This document shows positions 1-8,913 of a stretch of 64,000 nt of DNA, piece after piece. Position 1 is the stretch's first letter. Each line of letters starts with the position of its first letter. The stretch is from Acidobacteriaceae bacterium (GTDB taxonomy: Bacteria > Acidobacteriota > Terriglobia > Terriglobales > Acidobacteriaceae), in the NCBI GenBank assembly GCA_003161045.1, contig PMPH01000019.1, positions 1,925 through 65,924 on the forward strand, in the 5' to 3' direction. Under the pieces are notes generated by a model. The model saw nothing but the letters and a program-made list of their open reading frames with translations. It was not told the origin of the DNA and ran no database searches. Both the position numbers and the translations under genes were made by a program.

Positions 1-54
1 CCCACCTTCGCCGCGTTTTTGTTTTTGCGGCTAGGGTGGGAGACCACGAACCTC
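1..54. repeat. REP-like palindromic element, family A (truncated by window edge)
   Basis: CCCACC-TTCGCCGC...GCGGCTA-GGGTGGG hairpin followed by AGACCAC; related copies at 1066 and 30496. Confidence 0.8.
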
Positions 55-64
55 GACCATATCC

Positions 65-131
65 GTGAAGGGTACGGGCTTTAGCCCGTACATAAACGCA
101 GCAGTATCAGCGCGGGGCTTTAGCCCCTGAA
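65..131. repeat. REP-like palindromic element, family B (GGCTTTAGCC core)
   Basis: GTACGGGCTTTAGCCCGTAC hairpin plus a second GGGGCTTTAGCCCC; GTGAAGGGTACGGGCTTTAGCCC is repeated exactly at 6135. Confidence 0.8.
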
Positions 132-175
132 GTATCTATTGCTACCATGATGGGGTAATCGAGAGAAGATTCGAG

Positions 176-1042
176 GTGAACACGTTGGCCGATCTCCCGC
201 TTGTCCCGCTGACTCTTGAAGGCTCCTTCCTGCTCCACCAGTTCTTCCGCTTCGACTGGAAGGCGTGGCGGTCCTGCGCGGACGGCGAACGCCAAAAGAT
301 TGCCGCTGAGGCCGTTTCCGCGCTTCAGCACCTGGAATGTAAAAGCCCCACTGATGCCAATTCTGGGGCCAATCCCGGCCCCCCCGTCCAGACCGCGCTC
401 TTCTCCCAGCTCGGCCACAAGGGCGATCTGATCCTCACCCACTTCCGCTCTTCGCTCGAAGCCCTCAACCAGGTCGAACTGGACCTGGCCCAGACCAGGC
501 TTTACGACTATCTCTCGCTCGCCTATTCCTACCTCTCGGTCGTCGAACTCGGCCTCTACGAATCCAGCCGCCAGACCTACCAGGCCGCCTCCGCCAAGGG
601 TTTCGAGCCGTATTCGCCGGAGTGGAAGGCCGAGATCGCCTCTACGCTCGCCCGCCAGTCCACGGCCGTGGCGGCGCGCCTCTTCCCCGCCGTCCCCGAG
701 GCAAAGTACCTCTGCTTTTATCCCATGGACCGCAAACGCGGCGAAAAGGTGAATTGGTACAACCTTCCCCTCGCCGACCGCCAGTCCATGCTGCACGAGC
801 ACGGCCTCATTGGCCGCCGCTACGACGACCAGGTCAAACAGATCATCTCCGCCTCCATCGGTTTCGACGATTGAGAATGGGGCGTGGACCTGTTCGCCGA
901 CGACCCGGTGGCCTTTAAAAAGCTCATCTACGAGATGCGCTTCGATGAAGCCAGCGCGGTTTATGCGCTCTTCGGGCAGTTTTTCATCGGGGTAAGGCTG
1001 CCGATTGAGAAACTCGGCGGTTGGCTGAGCGGCAGTTTGTAG
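176..1042 (+). pseudogene. hemQ: Coproheme decarboxylase (HemQ/ChdC, chlorite dismutase family) with in-frame TGA at 872-874
   Basis: Motifs GHKGDL, YLSVVEL, CFYPMDRKR, NWY, EHGLIGR; the frame continues past the TGA as [34 protein letters not shown] to TAG at 1040-1042. Confidence 0.85.
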
Positions 1043-1065
1043 CTCACGATATCTGGCTTTTCGCC

Positions 1066-1118
1066 GGGTGCCCCATTCTTGCCGCGTCTTTGTCTTTGTG
1101 GCAAGGGTGGGAGACCAC
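1066..1118. repeat. REP-like element, family A
   Basis: GGGTGCCCCATTCTTGCCGC...GTGGCAAGGGTGGGAGACCAC. Confidence 0.8.
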
Positions 1119-1152
1119 AATTCTCCACGAATGGAAAGCGGAACCTCACACC

Positions 1153-1878
1153 ATGCCCGCAACCAAGCCCACCCGCAAACCCGCCGCGAAGAAGCAGCCC
1201 AAAGCGCCTCCCAAGAACCGCGCGACCCAGGGCCCCCTTGCCCCCGACCGCATCGCCGCTATTCTCAAGGCCCTCGACGAAGCCTATCCCGCCGCCGAGT
1301 GCGCGCTCACGCACCGTTCGCCCTGGGAGCTGCTGGTGGCGACAATCCTCTCCGCGCAATGCACCGACGTGCGCGTCAATCTGGTGACGCCAGAGCTCTT
1401 CCGCCGCTTCCCTACCCCGGCGGCAATGGCTCAGGCGACCCTCCCGGAACTGGAAGCCCTTATCCGCACCACCGGCTTTTTCCGCAACAAGGCCAAATCG
1501 ATTCAGGGCGCGGCGCAGAAGATCGTCGCCGAGTTCGGCGGCCGGGTTCCCGAGACGCTCGCCGAACTCATCTCCCTGCCCGGCGTGGCCCGCAAGACGG
1601 CCAGCGTCGTCCTCGGCGTCTCGTTCGGCAAGGCCGAAGGCGTAGTGGTGGACACGCACGTTTTCCGCATCGCGCGCCGTCTGGGCCTGGCCAAAGGCGA
1701 GACGCCGCAAGAGGTCGAGCAGGAGTTGATGCGGATTCTGCCCCAAAGCCGCTGGATCAGCTTTTCCCACCAGATCATCCACCACGGCCGCGAGATTTGC
1801 GAGGCCCGCAAACCCAAGTGCGACCGCTGCAACCTGGAGCCGCTCTGCACGTCAAAGGATAAAACTTGGCAGAGTTAG
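1153..1878 (+). CDS. nth: Endonuclease III
   Basis: LLVATILSAQCTD, HhH-GPD LPGVARKTA..V, VDTHV, C-terminal CxxxxxxCxxCxxxxxC 4Fe-4S motif; start placed at ATG 1153 downstream of the repeat. Confidence 0.95.
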   Translation: MPATKPTRKPAAKKQPKAPPKNRATQGPLAPDRIAAILKALDEAYPAAECALTHRSPWELLVATILSAQCTDVRVNLVTPELFRRFPTPAAMAQATLPELEALIRTTGFFRNKAKSIQGAAQKIVAEFGGRVPETLAELISLPGVARKTASVVLGVSFGKAEGVVVDTHVFRIARRLGLAKGETPQEVEQELMRILPQSRWISFSHQIIHHGREICEARKPKCDRCNLEPLCTSKDKTWQS

Positions 1879-1912
1879 CAGTGGTTGTGGCAGACAGTTT
1901 AGATTTGTGGCT

Positions 1913-1945
1913 TCCCTGGTCCCAAAATCGGGACCTGGGGCACCC
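1913..1945. repeat. REP-like element, family A (short variant)
   Basis: CCCTGGTCCC-AAAATC-GGGACCTGGGGCACCC; reverse complement of the 6200 copy; lies between convergent genes. Confidence 0.8.
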
Positions 1946-1972
1946 TGCACCCTGAACTCTGAAGTTGGCAGG

Positions 1973-2761
1973 TCAGTGAAGCAAAATCCGCTCGACGGCG
2001 GCGATCAGCCCTGGAATGTCGGAGGGACTCGCTTCAGCGGCGGGCGGCCAGCCTAGATTCCGCAGCGTCTGGCTGGTAATAGGCCCAATGGAGACCGCCG
2101 GAACGCCCGCAAATGGCCACGCAACTCCGGCCATGCGGGCCGCTTCGGCCAGATGGGTTGCGCTCGACGAGCTGGTGAAGGTGGCCGCGTCCAAACCTTC
2201 CGCGAGGGCCCGGCGCAGCCGCTCCGGCGCGGCCTCGGGCAAGACGTTGCGGTAGGCCTCCACCACCTCGACCTCGGCGCCCGCGGCTCGCAGCGCCTCG
2301 GGAATCACATCGCGGGCCACGGCCGCCCGGAGCACCAGAACCCGCTGCCCCGCAACCTGCGCCAACAGCCCCTCGGCCAGGCTTTCGGCCACGTAGGCTG
2401 CCGGGACAAAGGCAATTTTGAATCCCGCCTTGCGCGCCGCCTGGGCCGTTGCCTCGCCCACCGCGGCCACCTGCAACCGTTCAGGCTGGGCAAATTCACT
2501 CCCTGGCGCAATCCCCAACGCCGCCGCCCGTTCGACGAGCGTCCGCACCGCATTGCCGCTGCTCAGAATCAGCCAATCGTAGCTGCCGATCTTGCGCAGG
2601 GCCGCATCCAATGGCTCCAAATTCGCTGGAGGGCGAATCTCCAGCACTGGAACCTCGACCGGCTCGGCTCCCAAAGCACGTAGCCCTTCGCTGAGCTTGC
2701 CAACCTGATGCGCGGCGCGGGTGACCAGAACCCTGCGCCCCGCCAGCGGCAGCACACTCAC
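1973..2761 (-). CDS. hemD: Uroporphyrinogen-III synthase
   Basis: LAGRRVLVTRA, SSGNAV, AVGEATA, FTSSSSA, SIGPITS; overlaps the hemC stop. Confidence 0.93.
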   Translation of the reverse strand: MSVLPLAGRRVLVTRAAHQVGKLSEGLRALGAEPVEVPVLEIRPPANLEPLDAALRKIGSYDWLILSSGNAVRTLVERAAALGIAPGSEFAQPERLQVAAVGEATAQAARKAGFKIAFVPAAYVAESLAEGLLAQVAGQRVLVLRAAVARDVIPEALRAAGAEVEVVEAYRNVLPEAAPERLRRALAEGLDAATFTSSSSATHLAEAARMAGVAWPFAGVPAVSIGPITSQTLRNLGWPPAAEASPSDIPGLIAAVERILLH

Positions 2762-3690
2762 CGCGAGCCTCCGGTTGCGGCCTCGAGCAGCGGCCCCGCT
2801 CCGGCTTCGATCAGCCTCTGCGCCGTCCGGCGGCCCAAGGCTATGGGGTCCGCGTCCGTGTGCGGGACGCGTTCATAAACCCGCACTGCTCTCCCGCTCT
2901 CCGGCGCGGCGACGACGGCGAAAATCTCCCACGCGCCCGGCTCCGAAGCCGGCCGGAAGTGAATTCCGATGGGGACCTGGCAGCCTCCGCCGAGAGCCGC
3001 CAGCGCCGCCCGTTCGAGGGTCACGGCAAAGCGCGTGGCCGCGTCGTCGAGGAAGGCAACCGCCGACCTCGTCGCCGCGTCGCCCTGGCGGGTCTCGATC
3101 CCGAGAGCCCCCTGCCCCGCAGCCGGGCAAAAATCCTTCGGCTCCAGCCGTTCGCGGACCCACTCGGTCTTTTCCAGGCGATCGAGGCCGGCGGCAGCCA
3201 GCAGAATCGCATCGACCTGGCCCTCGGCCAGCTTGCGCAGCCGCGTGTCCACATTGCCGCGAAACTCCTGCGCCGCAATGTCGGGCCTCAGCGCCTTCAA
3301 CTGCGCCCGCCTTCGCTGGCTGCTGGTGCCCACGCGCGCCCCCTGGGGAAGCGCGGCCAGATTCGCAAATCTCTCCGAGACGAAGACGTCCCTCGGGTCC
3401 ACTCTCGGGGGCGTCGCGGCCAGCAGAAACGGCTCCGGCAACTCAGTGGGCAAATCCTTCAGCGAGTGCACGGCCAGGTCCACTCGTCCGGCGGCCAGCG
3501 CCTCCTCGATCTCCTTGGTGAACATTCCCTTGGAGCCAACCTGGGCGAAGGTGACCTCTTGCAGCCGGTCACCGGTAGTCTTGATCATCTCGATTTCGAC
3601 CGAATGCCCCTGGCCCCGGAGCAGCCCGGCAATGTGGTTGGCCTGCCACAGGGCCAGTTGCGAACCGCGGCTGCCGATGCGCAGGTTCAT
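2758..3690 (-). CDS. hemC: Hydroxymethylbilane synthase
   Basis: RIGSRGSQLALWQA, KGMFTKEIE, AVHSLKDLP, GTSS.RR, RGNVDTRL, GGGCQVPIG. Confidence 0.97.
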   Translation of the reverse strand: MNLRIGSRGSQLALWQANHIAGLLRGQGHSVEIEMIKTTGDRLQEVTFAQVGSKGMFTKEIEEALAAGRVDLAVHSLKDLPTELPEPFLLAATPPRVDPRDVFVSERFANLAALPQGARVGTSSQRRRAQLKALRPDIAAQEFRGNVDTRLRKLAEGQVDAILLAAAGLDRLEKTEWVRERLEPKDFCPAAGQGALGIETRQGDAATRSAVAFLDDAATRFAVTLERAALAALGGGCQVPIGIHFRPASEPGAWEIFAVVAAPESGRAVRVYERVPHTDADPIALGRRTAQRLIEAGAGPLLEAATGGSR

Positions 3691-5138
3691 AGGCGGACCG
3701 CCCCGCTGCCTTGGTTCACTACCGCTCCTTCAGCTTTCTCTTTTTCAGCATTCCCCGCGCTCACCCGGCCATCGGCCGCGGCCGTGTTCGGTTCGTTCAC
3801 CTGGCCTGCTCCGGCGGGCTCCTGGCCTGCTCCGTTCTCCTGGCCGGCTCCGGCGGGCAGCGACCACGCCTCGCAGAGAGCCTCCACGCGGGCGGCATTG
3901 TTTTCGCGGGCCGCCTGTTTGAGCGCCTGCATCGGCGGATGAAGAAATTTGTTGACCAGCCCCCGGGTCAGCGCCTCGATGGCCGCCACCTGCTCGGCGC
4001 TCAACAAGCCCAGCCGGCTCTGCGCCCGGTGCAGCTCCGCCTGGCGAATCTCCTCGGCCTGCTGTTGCAAGGCCACAATGGCCGGCGAGACGTTCACTGC
4101 GCGCTGCCGCTGGTGGAAGCGATCGACCTCGCCGGCAATCAGCGCCTCGGCGCCGGCGGCCTCGCGTCCGCGTTCGGCCATGTGCGCGGCGGCCACCTGC
4201 TGCAGGTCGTCGATGTCGTAAACAAAAATTCCCTCCAGCTTTCCCATCTCCGGGTCCACGTCGCGGGGCACGGCAATGTCGATGAAGAACATCGGCCGGT
4301 TGCGGCGGCGATGGAGAAAGGCCTGGCCGTGCTCGCGGCCGAAGATCGAGTGCGGCGCGCCGGTCGAGCTGATAACGATGTCGGCCTGGCTGGCCGCCTC
4401 ATAAAGCTGGTCGAATGGGATTACCTGGCCCGCAAAGCTCTCTGCCATCCGCCGCGCGCGCTCCAGGGTCCGGTTGGTCACCAGAATCGCGCCTGCCCCC
4501 TGCTCGACCAGATGCCGCGCCGCCAATTCGCTCATCTTGCCCGCGCCCACCAGAAAAACCGTGCGCCCTTCCAGCGATCCAAAGATTTTGCGGGCCAACT
4601 CCACGGCGACCGAGGCGATGGAGACCGAATTCGAGCCGATTTCGGTCTCGGAACGGACTTTTTTGGCGGCGGCAAAGGCGCTCTGCAGCAGGTGTTCGAG
4701 CTGGCCTCCCACGGTGCCCGCAGCGTGGGCCACGGCGAAGGCCTCCTTGACCTGGCCAAGAATCTGCGGTTCGCCCACCACCATTGAGTCCAGGCTGGCG
4801 GCCACGCGGAACAGGTGCCGCACGGCCTCCCCATCGCAATGCGCGTAAAGGTGAGGGGCCAGCAGCAATGGGTCCAGGCCAAAATGGCGATGCAAAAAAG
4901 CGGTCAGCCCGGCCGTGGGCGACTCCTTTGCCGCCTGCCGTTCCACTCCCCCCTGCTCTTCCACGGCGGCCAAAATCTCCACGCGGTTGCAGGTGGAGAC
5001 GATCATGCACTCGGTCACGCCCGGCACGGCGGCCAAGGCGCGCGTGGTCTCCGGCAGGTCTTCGCGCGAGATCGCGATCCGCTCCCGCAGCGCGATGGGC
5101 GCAGTCTTGTGGTTCACGCCAATGAGAACCAGGTTCAT
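3687..5138 (-). CDS. hemA: Glutamyl-tRNA reductase
   Basis: GVNHKTAP, STCNRVE, SLDSMVVGEPQILGQVK, GAGKMS, DIAVPRD; true start MNLVLIG at 5138 overlaps the ccsA stop. Confidence 0.96.
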   Translation of the reverse strand: MNLVLIGVNHKTAPIALRERIAISREDLPETTRALAAVPGVTECMIVSTCNRVEILAAVEEQGGVERQAAKESPTAGLTAFLHRHFGLDPLLLAPHLYAHCDGEAVRHLFRVAASLDSMVVGEPQILGQVKEAFAVAHAAGTVGGQLEHLLQSAFAAAKKVRSETEIGSNSVSIASVAVELARKIFGSLEGRTVFLVGAGKMSELAARHLVEQGAGAILVTNRTLERARRMAESFAGQVIPFDQLYEAASQADIVISSTGAPHSIFGREHGQAFLHRRRNRPMFFIDIAVPRDVDPEMGKLEGIFVYDIDDLQQVAAAHMAERGREAAGAEALIAGEVDRFHQRQRAVNVSPAIVALQQQAEEIRQAELHRAQSRLGLLSAEQVAAIEALTRGLVNKFLHPPMQALKQAARENNAARVEALCEAWSLPAGAGQENGAGQEPAGAGQVNEPNTAAADGRVSAGNAEKEKAEGAVVNQGSGAVRL

Positions 5139-5989
5139 CGCGGACCGTACCTGTGCACCTGGCTGAAGACGTTGGCCGCCAGCACGGCGAGCATCACCAG
5201 AAAAACCGCGCCAGCCAGATAAGCGGCCCGGCGGCCGCGCAGGCCGGCCCGGCGACGGACAAAAAGCAGGATGACGTAGACGATCCACAAGACAAACGAG
5301 GCGATGACCTTGGGGTCGCGGAAGTAAGCCGCGCCGAGGGCGGTCTCCTGCGCCAGAACCGAACCGATGACCAGGCCGACGGTCATGCAGGGAAAGCCGA
5401 ATTCCAAGGTCGCGTGGGCGATGCGCTCCAGGGTGTCGAGCGGCGGCAGCCAGTCGAGCGGCGGCTGCCAACCCAGCGGCAGCCGCCAGAGCTTCTCGCC
5501 GGGCCTGCGCTTGCTCTTCAGGCGGCGCTCCTGGACGAGGTAAAGCACCGAGGCCAGCAGGCTGAAGCAAAGCGCCACATAGGCCGCCAGCAAGGCCGCG
5601 ATGTGGGCCACCAGCCAGCCGATGCGCACTCCAGCCGAAGGGAAGGTATAGCGGTCCGGGCCCAGCGAGGGCACGAAAATCACGAAAAATGTAATCGGTA
5701 AAGCGAAGATTCCCAGCGAGATGGCATCGTAAAACGACCAGACCAGGAAGAACACTCCGGCCACGGCGAAGCCCAGCAGCGACTCCACCTCGCGCACTCC
5801 CACCGGCATCCAGCGATGGGCCTGGACCAGCATTTCGACGCACGATACAAAGTGGAAGAAGAAGGCCATGCCGGCCAGGTGGACGCAACTCCGGCGCCAG
5901 CGCGTCAGTCCGTGGAGCACGGCCGGAAAGACGGCGACAGAGGCCGCCGCATAGAGAATCGCCGCAACTCGGAGCCAGAGCAGGTACAT
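5135..5989 (-). CDS. ccsA: Cytochrome c assembly protein (CcsA/HemX family)
   Basis: About 8 hydrophobic helices, LYLVQERRLKSK, LPPL..LER, DPKVI motifs; typical position upstream of hemA. Confidence 0.85.
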   Translation of the reverse strand: MYLLWLRVAAILYAAASVAVFPAVLHGLTRWRRSCVHLAGMAFFFHFVSCVEMLVQAHRWMPVGVREVESLLGFAVAGVFFLVWSFYDAISLGIFALPITFFVIFVPSLGPDRYTFPSAGVRIGWLVAHIAALLAAYVALCFSLLASVLYLVQERRLKSKRRPGEKLWRLPLGWQPPLDWLPPLDTLERIAHATLEFGFPCMTVGLVIGSVLAQETALGAAYFRDPKVIASFVLWIVYVILLFVRRRAGLRGRRAAYLAGAVFLVMLAVLAANVFSQVHRYGPR

Positions 5990-6025
5990 TTGCTCTTCAC
6001 CTTACTGTTGAAACAGACAACAGAC

Positions 6026-6041
6026 TGTGATGCAAATCACC
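6026..6041 (-). promoter_or_regulatory. CRP/FNR-family box upstream of ccsA-hemACD
   Basis: TGTGA-TGCAAA-TCACC, centred at -41.5 relative to a candidate -10 TAAGGT (minus strand 6004-5999). Confidence 0.6.
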
Positions 6042-6134
6042 AAGCGGAACCGGACCCGGCTTTTGCCGCTCTGGCGCGGCTTCGTTCCCAATGCTCCAGA
6101 TCAATCTTGGAACCTGCCTAAAATTCGATTTCCT

Positions 6135-6238
6135 GTGAAGGGTACGGGCTTTAGCCCCCGAGGGAGGTTTTTCACTACCATTTGCATTCCGGCAGATGCG
6201 GGTGCCCCAGGTCCCGCTTTTGGGACCTGGGATTCCAC
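6135..6238. repeat. Adjacent family B (6135-6165) and family A (6200-6238) REP-like elements
   Basis: GTGAAGGGTACGGGCTTTAGCCC; GGGTGCCCCAGGTCCC-GCTTTT-GGGACCTGGGA. Confidence 0.8.
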
Positions 6239-6316
6239 CATACTCCACTCTGCAAACGCCGCGGTTTCATCGCGGCCGGGGTGGAACTCGCCGCCTCATT
6301 CCGTTCTGGATCAGTA

Positions 6317-7801
6317 TTATAGGTCCCGGTAGTTACCGTACGATTCGTTCAGAATCTCCACCGGGTGAAGAACTTTATAGGGCAGCGCCTGGTTGAACTG
6401 GATGCGGCAGCTCAGGCAGTCGCACAGCAGCTTCTCGGGATCAATCTTGACGATCTTGTCCATGAGCGGCCGCCCCATGGCCAGCGAGGCGTGGTGGAAG
6501 CCCCTCTTAAGGCCCATGATGCCCGAGATTCCGCAGCAATCGTAGGTTCCGCCGACCGCCTCGACCGAACTCTGCGGCACCAGGCCGAGCAGCTCCGCCC
6601 AGGGCTGTCCCATCTTCTGCTGCTTCAGGTGGCAGGGGGCGTAGTAGGCCATGCGGCCGGTCACCGGCCCCAGCTTCAGGTTCAGTTGGCCGTCGCGGTG
6701 CAGCCGCGTCAGGTACTCTCCCAGGTCGAAGGTATGGCTGGCGACCTTGATCCGCTTGAGCCCGTTGAGCGGGGCGAAGTAGCTCTGATCCCGGAGCAGC
6801 CCCTCGACAATCATTCTCAGCGGCAAAAAGGGGCGCAGGCCATGGGAGACCATCCGGAGCGGCGTGGAGGGCCGGTCTGGATCTAAAGGATGCTCTGAGG
6901 GAGGGGCATGAAACCCTTCGTTCAACTGCGCCTCGATGCGCCCGATGGGGATTTTGAGCACGTCGCCGCCGTATTCAGCCTGGAGCTTTTTCACCATGGC
7001 GCGAAAGTCGTCGGAAAAGTAAGCGCCGTCGCTGAACATGTCCTTCAGCATGTAGCTGCAGGTGGGGCAGGAGCAGACGATATCGTAGCCCTCGTCGATG
7101 GCCTCGCTGAGTTTTTCCAGATTGAACGCGGCCTGCTTGAAGGTGAACTTACGGTCTCCCTCCAGCAGGCTGGGCATTCCGCAGCACTTCTGCTCGGGAA
7201 GGTAGACGTTGATTCCATTCTGTTCCATCACCTCGACCGCGGCCCTAGCCACCTCCGGGAAGTAGTACCGCGCCGTGCAGCCGGCGAAGTAGGCTACCTT
7301 CCTGCCGGAGGCCTCCCGCTTCCGGTCGAGTCCGCGTTCTTTCACCCAGGCCGAAAAGCCTTCCGAGGGTATGGCGGGAAACTTGCGGGCGGGATGAATC
7401 CCCGTCAGCCGCTTGAAGAACCCGAAGGCGGTTTTATTTTCCAGAAACCGGTTGGCCAGTTGCGGAAAGGCGCCGCAGATCCTTCCCACCAGTTGCACGT
7501 CCTCGAGCACGCGCAGGCTGGGCTTCAGCCCCTCCCGCGCCACGAATCCGTCCTTTGCCCGCCGGATGTTGGCGCGCTCCCCAGGACAGGGGCACAGCCC
7601 GCACATATTGCACAGATCGACGAGCAGCCGCAGATCCCGCGGCGTGATCGGCTCATTTCCCTCATGTTCCTTGTCGTAAAGCTGATAGAGCCGATGAAAG
7701 AACAGGCAGGGCATATCGTCGACGATGTCGCGGCAGTAGCCGCAACTGGCGCACGACTCGATCACCTTGCGGGTGATGCTCTCCGGGGACTCATCCGTCA
7801 T
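6317..7801 (-). CDS. GlpC/HdrD-like Fe-S oxidoreductase (2x 4Fe-4S plus two CCG domains)
   Basis: CASCGYC..C, CNMCGLCPCP; YFAGC..CCG..SCPTC; YAPCH..CCG..DCLSC..Q; HPVEIL C-terminus. Confidence 0.85.
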   Translation of the reverse strand: MTDESPESITRKVIESCASCGYCRDIVDDMPCLFFHRLYQLYDKEHEGNEPITPRDLRLLVDLCNMCGLCPCPGERANIRRAKDGFVAREGLKPSLRVLEDVQLVGRICGAFPQLANRFLENKTAFGFFKRLTGIHPARKFPAIPSEGFSAWVKERGLDRKREASGRKVAYFAGCTARYYFPEVARAAVEVMEQNGINVYLPEQKCCGMPSLLEGDRKFTFKQAAFNLEKLSEAIDEGYDIVCSCPTCSYMLKDMFSDGAYFSDDFRAMVKKLQAEYGGDVLKIPIGRIEAQLNEGFHAPPSEHPLDPDRPSTPLRMVSHGLRPFLPLRMIVEGLLRDQSYFAPLNGLKRIKVASHTFDLGEYLTRLHRDGQLNLKLGPVTGRMAYYAPCHLKQQKMGQPWAELLGLVPQSSVEAVGGTYDCCGISGIMGLKRGFHHASLAMGRPLMDKIVKIDPEKLLCDCLSCRIQFNQALPYKVLHPVEILNESYGNYRDL

Positions 7802-8130
7802 TTTTCGCCCTCACTGCGGCTTGCCTGGCCTGAACCGCGAATCCAGGACAGTGAATCCAGGCGGCCATCAGAGCCATCTGGCTGTTGACTCGCGCCCAGC
7901 CACGGCGAGCCCAGCTCCAGCAGCGGGGTCCGGAAGAACCTGAAATTGGTAGAAGCGGGAACCCATGGCGGGCTGTGGTGCGCTGGGTGCATAATTAAAG
8001 GATTGCAACTCCGCGCAAACGCTTCGGTTAAATGTGGGCTGCACACGATCGCCATGGAAACTTTCGTGTGCAACCCACCACAGCCAGCCAACTCCGCGCG
8101 AATATAAGAACTGGCGGCCGTTCTTGTAGT

Positions 8131-8146
8131 AGCAATTAGCCTGCCA
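8131..8146 (-). promoter_or_regulatory. sigma54 -24/-12 promoter for the CCG-protein gene
   Basis: Minus strand TGGCAGGCTAATTGCT matches TGGCA-N6-TTGCW. Confidence 0.75.
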
Positions 8147-8373
8147 TAAAGCCTCCGCCGTCCCATTTGCGTTCACCGGCAGCGCATTCTCCTTTGGAAA
8201 ATCTCTGCGCACCTGCTCCGGGGCTGAGTGCAGCGGCCTAACAGCAGCAAAAAACAGACTTTAATCTCATCAAACTGGTCTCCGGCTTCTCCGTTGCGGA
8301 GAACTGGGGTGCAGCCGCTTGATTTTGCCGGATCGCGTGGCTATCAGTGCGGGCAAATCTCGCTCAAAATATT

Positions 8374-8409
8374 TGTCACGATTCGTGACAGTCGCTCCAT
8401 TTCGTGACA
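8374..8409. promoter_or_regulatory. Tandem upstream activator sequence (bEBP enhancer)
   Basis: Perfect palindrome TGTCACG-ATT-CGTGACA (8374-8390) plus a second site CGCTCCA-TTT-CGTGACA 19 bp later. Confidence 0.75.
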
Positions 8410-8603
8410 GATGTTTTGAATCAAACTGGACGAAAATCCTCTTTGAGTGAGGCGCATTCAGCAAGGAAGCAGCTCGCCGGGCAGGCGCAAAACAGTAAAT
8501 TGCTTCATTTTGGAGCGTTTAGCCTACTACTTGCCCATAAATTGAGTCGCGGGGCGCTATTTTCGCAGATCCGGCAACGAGAGAACTCGGAAGGCTGTGG
8601 CTT

Positions 8604-8619
8604 TGGCACGATTCGTGCA
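8604..8619 (+). promoter_or_regulatory. sigma54 -24/-12 promoter for the aor1 operon
   Basis: TGGCACGATTCGTGCA; differs by one base from the promoter at 19503. Confidence 0.8.
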
Positions 8620-8913
8620 GCAGAGAGGACGGCGGGCGCCACAGAGTCCCGGCTGGAGAAACCTCGCGAGGCAGCGAGGGGCATTTCCGGCGCCGGAAAC
8701 AGTTCAGGGTGCAAAGCTTCATCGCTCATGTAAGTCGGTTATGAGTTCTCGCCGGGCATTCTACTTGCTTCTCTCGCGATGCAGCAACATTCTGGATGGC
8801 GAGAGTCAGCGTTACTTCTGTTTCGCAGTTTTCACCGTTGCACGGCCGGCAATTTCGAGAGAAAGCACTTCCTCTGCGGATTGACCGGGTTGCAACTGCA
8901 TCAAGGAGACACT

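Noticed and set aside
872-900. Selenocysteine recoding of the hemQ TGA
   Set aside because: The position corresponds to Trp/Tyr rather than Cys, and the downstream GGCG..CGCC hairpin is not a convincing SECIS
5139-5888. 733-aa HemA with a long N-terminal extension
   Set aside because: The extension is an alternative frame of ccsA; HemA homology starts at MNLVLIG (5138)
6240-6316. att site or tRNA at the left island edge
   Set aside because: No tRNA fold and no direct repeat shared with the right edge near 26030
7798-8884. Small ORFs in the CCG/aor1 intergenic region
   Set aside because: No motifs or RBS, and they overlap the sigma54 promoters and enhancer
8620-8913. Moco/Tuco RNA motif upstream of aor1, moaA or tupA
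   Set aside because: The characteristic GCCUCCC...GGAAAGG elements next to the RBS were not found
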